From positions 1 through 64,000 of the IMG/VR virus record IMGVR_UViG_2914436621_000001: a stretch of 64,000 nt of DNA, one strand, 5' to 3'. The DNA comes from a virus (taxonomy: Duplodnaviria; Caudoviricetes). Both the position numbers and the translations under genes were made by a program. This document shows positions 57,803-64,000 of this stretch, one piece after another (the stretch's first letter is position 1; each line of letters starts with the position of its first letter). Below the pieces are notes generated by a model that did no database searches, had not been told where the DNA came from, and worked only from the letters and a program-made list of their open reading frames with translations.

Positions 57803-58040
57803 TTGCCCAAAATTTGCCCAAAAAATAACCTCAGACAGACCTAGTTTTTGATTAAAAACCTATTCTGTCTGAGGCAAGCTTAAGGCTAAAACCTAGAAAC
57901 GGAGAGGGAGGGATTCGAACCCTCGGATACCCCTAAAGGCATCAACAGATTAGCAATCTACTCAACAATTCTTCTAAGGCTTGATGCAGAAGCCTTGTGA
58001 AAATTGCCAAAAAACAAATTCCCCCATTTCTCCCCCAAAT
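57802..58040. other. att site with candidate arm-type repeats
   Basis: TTTGCCCAAAA twice at 57802-57824; CCTCAGACAGA..TCTGTCTGAGG inverted repeat; ATTGCCAAAA and TCCCCCA(T/A) repeats at 58000-58040 flank the tRNA core. Confidence 0.65.
57900..57959 (-). tRNA. 3' fragment of tRNA-Ser(GCT) serving as att core; not an intact tRNA
   Basis: Minus strand AGATTGCTAATCT (anticodon arm), long variable arm, GAGGGTTCGAATCCCTC (T arm), CCTCTCCG; no D arm or 5' acceptor strand upstream. Confidence 0.88.
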
Positions 58041-58192
58041 AGGGTGTTTTAAGCCCTTCACATCTGTCGCTATTCGGGGGTGTGGGGCGCTAGTCGAGCT
58101 AATTGAGCGGATCGCTCCGCCGCTCTAGGCCGGGTAAGCTTACAACAAAATTTGATGGTTGCTCTGCACATATTTGTCAGCGATCGCATTAA

Positions 58193-58714
58193 TCAGTTCC
58201 TCCCACCTAATTTCATCGTCGTGAAAGAGGAGAAGCTGTTGAGCGAGATCGGCGGCAATGAATCGAGCGTAATGATTGGGATGCTTAAGGGTCTGAATCC
58301 CAACAAGATCGCAGAGATAAGCAAACCGAACGCGAACTCGAATGGTCTTTGTGAGGGGATCGGGAATCCTTGCCACCTCAACCAATGCAAGAATATGCGT
58401 CGGTGTCGGATGGCGACGAGCGGAAAGTGCGACATCCCAAGATGCTCTAACACTTCCCGGCTCAAGGGATCGGCGCTCTCCAGCTCCGTTAGGTGATGCC
58501 GTCCATCTAACCTGATCGCAGGTAAGGAGTAGGTCATATTGCCCTTGATAGGCTGGGATGAATCGGTAAGTGGCCGCAGCTCCCGCCACCGATCGCTTGA
58601 GTCGATGGAGAACTCCGAGATTGGATTGCCAGCTTCGTTCGACGGAGACAGTTTCTCGTTGCGATCGTCTGGCGAGTCGCTTAATCCATCGGAGTAGTCG
58701 CGTGAGCCAGTCAT
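58193..58714 (-). CDS. Hypothetical protein with C-terminal hydrophobic segment
   Basis: ATGA-coupled to upstream gene; an alternative frame 58140-58820 is also open. Confidence 0.45.
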   Translation of the reverse strand: MTGSRDYSDGLSDSPDDRNEKLSPSNEAGNPISEFSIDSSDRWRELRPLTDSSQPIKGNMTYSLPAIRLDGRHHLTELESADPLSREVLEHLGMSHFPLVAIRHRRIFLHWLRWQGFPIPSQRPFEFAFGLLISAILLGFRPLSIPIITLDSLPPISLNSFSSFTTMKLGGRN

Positions 58715-58968
58715 TGTTGTGTTGTGCCACTATCGTCGGGCATGGTTGGGCTTGAGATGGCACGATCGACCGGGGCGATCGTCTGTGCAATTTTTTCATC
58801 CAATGAGCGGGTTGGAGCAAGCCACGCGCCCGTCATAACCGTCAGGCCAAGCGAGATTTGAGCCGACGGGTCGTAGTCGGAAACCAGATTGGATTTGTGC
58901 AGGGCTTGCGCGATGATCAGCAATCCTGCTACAACCCCAAAAGACTCCACTGAGAGAAATTTACGCAT
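58711..58968 (-). CDS. Small two-TM membrane protein (holin-like)
   Basis: MRKFLSVESFGVVAGLLIIAQAL...ISLGLTVMTGAWL. Confidence 0.5.
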   Translation of the reverse strand: MRKFLSVESFGVVAGLLIIAQALHKSNLVSDYDPSAQISLGLTVMTGAWLAPTRSLDEKIAQTIAPVDRAISSPTMPDDSGTTQQ

Positions 58969-58972
58969 TGTT

Positions 58973-59491
58973 CTAGGGGATAGGTTGGAGATCAAAATCG
59001 TCTGGATTGAAGCCGTGGATTTCGAGGCGCGATCGCAGCCATTCCAGCTCTTCGGCTGTGAAGTCTCCAATGCCCGCAATGCCTCGCAATCCATCACGAA
59101 CATCAGCAATAGCAGTCGCGAAATCGCTCAGATGATGGGTGGTCGTCAGGGTGCCATAGAGCAAAGTGAACGCTTTATTCGCCTTTAAAGTTCGCCCCGC
59201 TCCTTCGTAGACCTTTGCCCAAGGCATCGATCGTCGCAGATCCTCAACTAGGCCATCCCAATTCTGTAAAGGCATAGGAACCGGAAGTGGAGGCAATTCC
59301 CAACTGCTCTCATTCCAGTAGTGTAGTGAGCTGGGTTGAGGCGGTTTTGCAACAACTGCCGTGCCGTCAAAATAAGCTTCTGCGGGTTCTAGCTCTTCAC
59401 CTTCTGCTAAAGCAAATCCCACAGGCAGCACCTCAGGCTTGGTGTCCATCGGCGGACTTACCACCTGATTATCAGCAATGAAATACCACAT
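58973..59491 (-). CDS. Tail fibre assembly-like protein
   Basis: KPPQPSSLHYWNESSWEL motif; follows fibre genes. Confidence 0.6.
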   Translation of the reverse strand: MWYFIADNQVVSPPMDTKPEVLPVGFALAEGEELEPAEAYFDGTAVVAKPPQPSSLHYWNESSWELPPLPVPMPLQNWDGLVEDLRRSMPWAKVYEGAGRTLKANKAFTLLYGTLTTTHHLSDFATAIADVRDGLRGIAGIGDFTAEELEWLRSRLEIHGFNPDDFDLQPIP

Positions 59492-59492
59492 A

Positions 59493-60827
59493 TCAGCCCA
59501 CCGGTAAGAGAGTTCGATTTGTTAGCAGGCCAGCGACTCCAGCTCCTTGGTGGCTGCCACCTGCCCCACCAAAGCCACCACCACCACCGCCTGCATAGCC
59601 TGTTCCCGTGCTTGTGCCAGCAGTCCCACCTGTCAGCAGAATTGTTCCTGATGGAGAATTGTTGGGCGACAGAAAAGCGCCATGCCCACCACCGCCACCG
59701 CCACCACCAAAACTGCCAGAACTGCCAGTTCCGCCAACAGCGTTGCTGCCATTGCCACCGCGCACGTCAACGGTTGAGCCTGCTTGCAGCGTGATCGAGA
59801 TGAGCGATTTTACAAGCACCAACCCACCAGAACCACCTCCTGATCCGCCAAGGGTTCCAGATGACGTGCCTAGCGTTCCAACAACGGCATTGCCGCCTCT
59901 AGCGAGAATCGAGCCGGTTGATCCCAGGATGAATGCTCCAGCGCAATCAAAAATCAATGTTCCGCCCGCATCTCCCCCCTTCGAACCAGAACCGCCTGTT
60001 CCGACGGCAGTTAAGAAGATCGTGCCGTTTGCGCCGCTTGATCCAATTGGATTGAGGAAGTAGTTGTAGGCGCTACCACCAAACACCTCGCCACCCAAAC
60101 CGCTGCCTAAGCCAGGGTTGGCAACAATAATTGTGTTGGCGTAGGCGAGTGTTCTTGCCCCGGCTCCTGCTAGGGATGTCGTAACATTTATCGTGCCATT
60201 GATAGTGCAGGTGCCACTGATATGGATCTTTGCGCCAGCAGAGATGGTCAGGGTGGCAGCAGATTCAATCGTGAAGTTGCGAAAGTAATACTCGCCCTGG
60301 TTAAACGTGGCGGTTGTGGTGAGCAAATAATCGCCTTGATCCCCACTCCCCCCAAAAACTCGGATTGCTTCTGCTCGGGGTAGTACCGGCTGTGCATCTC
60401 TCGGAAAAGCAGGGACGATCGCAGTAACAACGCCTGCCACCGTCGTCACTTGCGCTAGTGGTACAGACGCGACAGGACGTAGGATGGCTGTACTGACAAC
60501 GCCAGTTGTGGAAATGAAGACAAAAGAGGTGCTGTTGTCAGGCAGTGCTAAAGCCCCTGGAGCAATGGTGGTGATCGCCCCGTTAGGCAGCGTGATCGCA
60601 CCTCCGGTATGGTTGATGCTTAAACCGATACCAGCCGTGACCTTGAGCACGTCCCTGAACGTGCGCCATTCCTGCTTGATCTGCCCTGCCGCATTGCTCA
60701 GTTCATCGTCGGTAAGTCGAGGGTAATGCCCATCGATATCTTGGTCGTCGAAGACAAGGTTTTGGATGGCATTAAACCAAGCTGCATAAGCCCTAGAGCC
60801 ATTGGCGTAGACTGTTTTCGCCATCAA
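59493..60827 (-). CDS. Glycine-rich tail fibre-like protein
   Basis: GGSGGGSGG/GGGGGGG repeats. Confidence 0.75.
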   Translation of the reverse strand: MMAKTVYANGSRAYAAWFNAIQNLVFDDQDIDGHYPRLTDDELSNAAGQIKQEWRTFRDVLKVTAGIGLSINHTGGAITLPNGAITTIAPGALALPDNSTSFVFISTTGVVSTAILRPVASVPLAQVTTVAGVVTAIVPAFPRDAQPVLPRAEAIRVFGGSGDQGDYLLTTTATFNQGEYYFRNFTIESAATLTISAGAKIHISGTCTINGTINVTTSLAGAGARTLAYANTIIVANPGLGSGLGGEVFGGSAYNYFLNPIGSSGANGTIFLTAVGTGGSGSKGGDAGGTLIFDCAGAFILGSTGSILARGGNAVVGTLGTSSGTLGGSGGGSGGLVLVKSLISITLQAGSTVDVRGGNGSNAVGGTGSSGSFGGGGGGGGHGAFLSPNNSPSGTILLTGGTAGTSTGTGYAGGGGGGFGGAGGSHQGAGVAGLLTNRTLLPVG

Positions 60828-62200
60828 TCAATTCTCCATAACTCAACTTCGGTAAAGATTTCGGAAATAGTTGCTTCCCCGCACGCTCCTCCCAAACCGC
60901 TGCCTGCGAAGGCATTAAGGCAGTAATGGCGGATCTCAAAGTCGGTATTTGCAGCGATCGTAAAAGTGCCTTGCAGCAAGGAAAGGGAGGCTACTACATC
61001 AGTCGAGTTAGAGTAGCTTGGCTTGCCATCGATCGTTCGCGTCGAACTAGTTGCATTCCACAGAAAAATTCGATGAGCGTTAACCGCAATTCCGGGAGCA
61101 GACGCAAAAATGCGGTACGTGCCAGCTCTTAAGGTGAAGCGGTTTGAACTCAGGTTGGTGACATCGCCTGAGTTGGTAACAATCGAGTTCAGGGTTCGAG
61201 TCTGAATTCCTGCAAATGCTGACCCACCGTTTGTTCCTGATGCCTTACTATCCACAATTCGGGAATAGCGATGAACGCTATCTTTCACAAACTTGCAGTT
61301 CGCAACCCTCCCTCCATTCGTGGCGATCGCCACGTTCTGATCCTGATTGGGAGTAGTCGGGTTGCCCGTCAAAGCAGCATTGTTCAGCCGACTGACGATT
61401 TCTGCAACTGTAAATGCTGTTGTTGCCAGTCGGGTTGTGTTATTCCCAACGGTTTGTGTTGGAGCAGTCGGATTCCCTGTTAATGCCGCATTGGCTAGGG
61501 GTGCTAGCGTCACCAGAAAATCTCGCACCGCATTCGCACTGGGTGCCCACAGCGCTCCATCCCACCCGGCTGAATTGAAGGCCGTATCCTGCCCCCCGGT
61601 GCCCCCTGAATCACCTTTCGCGCCAGATTGCATCCAGTTTGAGTTAGCGATCGCGGGTGTTTGGCCTGCGGCTGGAGTGGCGCTAATCCAAATCCAGCTC
61701 GATCCCGCATAAGAAACGCAGTCGTCAAGCTGATAGTGAGTTGCAGCGTTATATTCCCCCAGGTACCTCGGCCCACCTCGTAATGCTGCGGCGTATTGCT
61801 GATTTGTGGTCAACAGCCGCGCCAACCGAGCGATCGCCGTATCCAGGGAATCGGTGCTAACGCCAGTGGGAATCAGCTCTGAGAAGTCAACCGATGCCAA
61901 ATTCGGGACAAAAGCGTGAAAGTCAATCAGCGGATCGTTGTCTAATCCGGTTTCAGTTGCAGCATTTGTTGCCCAAAACTGGAAATGATAGGTGACTCGC
62001 GCCGTCTCACTTTCGTGCAGGTTGATGTTGAGGTTGCTAGCAGTGGCAGCGATTGCAAACTTGTACAGGCGCGGCAAGACAGTGGTGTGAGGCGTTGTGG
62101 ACGAATTCACAACTGCGCTATCAGCCTGCACCCAAAGTTGACCCGCTAGAAGCTGCCCTCCAGAATCCTGAAGAGTGCCTTTAATATTGCAAAGGGACAT
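60824..62200 (-). CDS. Tail fibre protein
   Basis: Two ALTGNPT(A/T)P repeats, TRLATTAF, Y...D.V.Y.GSSW module. Confidence 0.8.
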   Translation of the reverse strand: MSLCNIKGTLQDSGGQLLAGQLWVQADSAVVNSSTTPHTTVLPRLYKFAIAATASNLNINLHESETARVTYHFQFWATNAATETGLDNDPLIDFHAFVPNLASVDFSELIPTGVSTDSLDTAIARLARLLTTNQQYAAALRGGPRYLGEYNAATHYQLDDCVSYAGSSWIWISATPAAGQTPAIANSNWMQSGAKGDSGGTGGQDTAFNSAGWDGALWAPSANAVRDFLVTLAPLANAALTGNPTAPTQTVGNNTTRLATTAFTVAEIVSRLNNAALTGNPTTPNQDQNVAIATNGGRVANCKFVKDSVHRYSRIVDSKASGTNGGSAFAGIQTRTLNSIVTNSGDVTNLSSNRFTLRAGTYRIFASAPGIAVNAHRIFLWNATSSTRTIDGKPSYSNSTDVVASLSLLQGTFTIAANTDFEIRHYCLNAFAGSGLGGACGEATISEIFTEVELWRID

Positions 62201-62203
62201 TTG

Positions 62204-62830
62204 TTAAGCCTCAAAAACCGGATCACCGCAGGCGCTGAAACCCACGTAAAAAGCGTCGTAACAGACCAGCGAATCGCAAAACGCAGGGGAATAAAGCCGA
62301 TTCAGCTTCTCTGCCAGCTTGAACTCGGAACTCTCCCGCAGATATTTCAGTGGCAGCAGGAGATAATAAACCCATTCCGGGCTGCCCAACGTGCCTGGTA
62401 GTTCAGAAATGCCAACCAGGAATGAAGCTCCCAGCCAAACTTCATGATCGATATCAAATAGCTCAAGCAGGTAGGCTAAGACAACCTCGCTGCCTTTGTT
62501 TGCCCAGATATCAACGCCGTCGAAGGCGTTGGCAATGAGCGATCGCTTCACCTCGTCTGACCACGCCTTATCCCAGTACTCGCCAGTGAACCCGCAGAGC
62601 AGTCTCAGGAAATCCAGCCATGCCGGATCGCAAGTCGCGGGATTGAGCTGTCGGGGCAGATCGCCAACGGTAGTTTTGGTTGCAATTAGGAGTTCATCAA
62701 AGTAGACCGTTAACCAGTCTGCGATCGGTTCTCCTTCTTCTTTGCGGTAACCCTCATTGACTCCCGGCAGGCGGCTATAGATGGGGCGACCGGATTGCCA
62801 CGCTTCATAGGTGCTAGACATAGTCCTCAC
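62204..62830 (-). CDS. Phage tail protein I (P2 gpI-like baseplate wedge)
   Basis: LNPATCDPAWLDFL...W...KRSLI.....KGS motif; follows baseplate J. Confidence 0.8.
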   Translation of the reverse strand: MRTMSSTYEAWQSGRPIYSRLPGVNEGYRKEEGEPIADWLTVYFDELLIATKTTVGDLPRQLNPATCDPAWLDFLRLLCGFTGEYWDKAWSDEVKRSLIANAFDGVDIWANKGSEVVLAYLLELFDIDHEVWLGASFLVGISELPGTLGSPEWVYYLLLPLKYLRESSEFKLAEKLNRLYSPAFCDSLVCYDAFYVGFSACGDPVFEA

Positions 62831-63980
62831 CCGCTCCCTTCAAGATGGCGTATTGATTGCCAATGTCATCAATCAGCGTGCAGTAAAGGCTGTGAGCCTT
62901 GGGCAGCGAGTAGGGGTAGGGCATTGGCAAGTTGGTCGTTTGCTCGTTTAGAGTCAATGCCTGTATATAGCCGATGCCCCCGGCCAGCCGCAGTGCGTAC
63001 TCCACCTCTTTGTGAATCACACTGCTGCCTGTAGAGAACTTAGTTGGCGCAAGATAATCTTGGTACGCTTCCCAGAGGCGTTGCGCCACATCGGTTGGAT
63101 CTTCTCCAACTCCAAGCTTTGCGACCAAATCTGCATCAACGTTGACTAGGTCGATCGAGCTGACATAGAGCGACGTGCCGATCTGCGTTCTAGGGGCGAT
63201 CGCTTCATAAACCTGGCTCAACTGAGCAGAATTTGCCGCCTCTCCACTCTGGTTGAGCATAAACAAATGAACTGCCCCAAGCTGGTAGCTGATCTTGTCT
63301 CCCGATAGGAGTCCGATCGCTTTTACAACTGAGCCTTCCCCTAGAACAGCTTTGGCTTCCTGCTCATAGTCATCCGCTGTGACAATGTTGCGACGGCGAA
63401 TGGCATTCAACCCACGGGCGATCGCACTCTCTTGAGACTCCTCATCCGTTCCTCCAGCGGCGGCTTCCAGATTGATGACCGAGGCCAGATAGGTCAACGG
63501 CTGGGTGAAGCGGGTGATGGTGTAGGCAGGCAGGTTGCTTGTTGTGCCGATCGCCTCTGCTGTAGCTGGTACCGTGCCGCTAATTCCACCAGGTGGGATG
63601 GTGAGCAGGGCATTGGTTGTAAAAGTAACGCGGTTGCTGCTATCAGCGACCTGAAACCCCTGAGGAATCGTATAGGGTGTCGATAGAGGCTGAGCCAGGG
63701 TGAAGGTGACATTGACAGTTGCTTTGGTTCCTAGACGACGTTCAACGCCTGCATTCCTCAAAAACGCAATGAGCAGGGCTGCGGGCAGTTTGTTGACATG
63801 CCACAACATCTCGGCGGCACAAAATCCCATCCCCTCAACAAAGACCCTCACCACGCTGCTGGTAGAGAAGTCGTTGAGCTTTCTCTCGCTGGCGTTATAG
63901 GTTCTGACTAGCGATTGTTCTACAAGCTGGCGCTCATTCCTCGGATCTAGAACCGGGTATTCAAGTGGCTGGCTATCCAT
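62814..63980 (-). CDS. Baseplate J/gp47 family protein
   Basis: TIPQGFQV, V.N..AA.GGTDEES, VTADDYE motifs. Confidence 0.9.
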   Translation of the reverse strand: MDSQPLEYPVLDPRNERQLVEQSLVRTYNASERKLNDFSTSSVVRVFVEGMGFCAAEMLWHVNKLPAALLIAFLRNAGVERRLGTKATVNVTFTLAQPLSTPYTIPQGFQVADSSNRVTFTTNALLTIPPGGISGTVPATAEAIGTTSNLPAYTITRFTQPLTYLASVINLEAAAGGTDEESQESAIARGLNAIRRRNIVTADDYEQEAKAVLGEGSVVKAIGLLSGDKISYQLGAVHLFMLNQSGEAANSAQLSQVYEAIAPRTQIGTSLYVSSIDLVNVDADLVAKLGVGEDPTDVAQRLWEAYQDYLAPTKFSTGSSVIHKEVEYALRLAGGIGYIQALTLNEQTTNLPMPYPYSLPKAHSLYCTLIDDIGNQYAILKGAGEDYV

Positions 63981-64000
63981 GTTCTAGGGGAAGCTAATTG

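Larger units (their letters stand above)
1..57960. mobile_element. Temperate siphovirus-like cyanophage / phage-plasmid (left boundary outside window)
   Basis: Complete head-tail gene order, integrase next to a tRNA-fragment att site, CyRepA1-like replicase, no host housekeeping genes. Confidence 0.9.
1..64000. repeat. HIP1 octamer GCGATCGC, highly iterated
   Basis: Occurs far more often than chance throughout (e.g. 107, 1148, 3818, 6214, 26747, 56359, 63417). Known hallmark of cyanobacterial genomes. Confidence 0.95.

Noticed and set aside
57900-57990. Intact tRNA-Ser gene
   Set aside because: The 5' acceptor strand and D arm are missing; similarity starts at the anticodon stem, so it is an att core
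59560-59720. CCACCA/CCGCCA tandem repeats
   Set aside because: Explained by poly-glycine codons in the fibre gene
58973-63980. eCIS/Afp-type injection system
   Set aside because: Only wedge and fibre genes are visible; no AAA ATPase, sheath or Afp16-like gene is in the window to support the call
1-64000. GCGATCGC as a novel phage repeat
   Set aside because: It is the well-known cyanobacterial HIP1 element

Overview
This window is mobile-element DNA from a cyanobacterial host, as shown by the very frequent HIP1 octamer GCGATCGC. No housekeeping genes are recognisable. Positions ~1-57.9 kb are a temperate, siphovirus-like phage or phage-plasmid. Its minus-strand morphogenesis operon covers TerS, a PBSX-type TerL, portal, protease, capsid, head-tail connectors, tail tube, a lambda-G/T-type frameshifted chaperone, a ~2650-aa tape measure with embedded enzyme domains, and tail-tip/fibre genes. 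It also encodes a SigB/F/G-type sigma factor with a matching motif upstream of late genes, a DNA methyltransferase, two tyrosine recombinases, a CyRepA1-type replicase, DUF3102-like proteins and a DdrB-like ssDNA-binding protein. An accessory operon at 40.2-45.1 kb encodes a membrane-anchored FtsK/HerA-like ATPase with helically phased 11-bp repeats inside its gene, plus several membrane proteins. This resembles the Streptomyces TraB/clt/Spd DNA-spreading system and is the best candidate for an undescribed system here. The integrase lies next to the 3' half of tRNA-Ser(GCT) in an attP-like arrangement. Beyond it (58-64 kb) is a second, contractile-type tail module (baseplate J, tail protein I, fibres), which suggests tandem prophages at one tRNA or a two-tail element. 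All product calls come from motif recognition by eye, not database searches.
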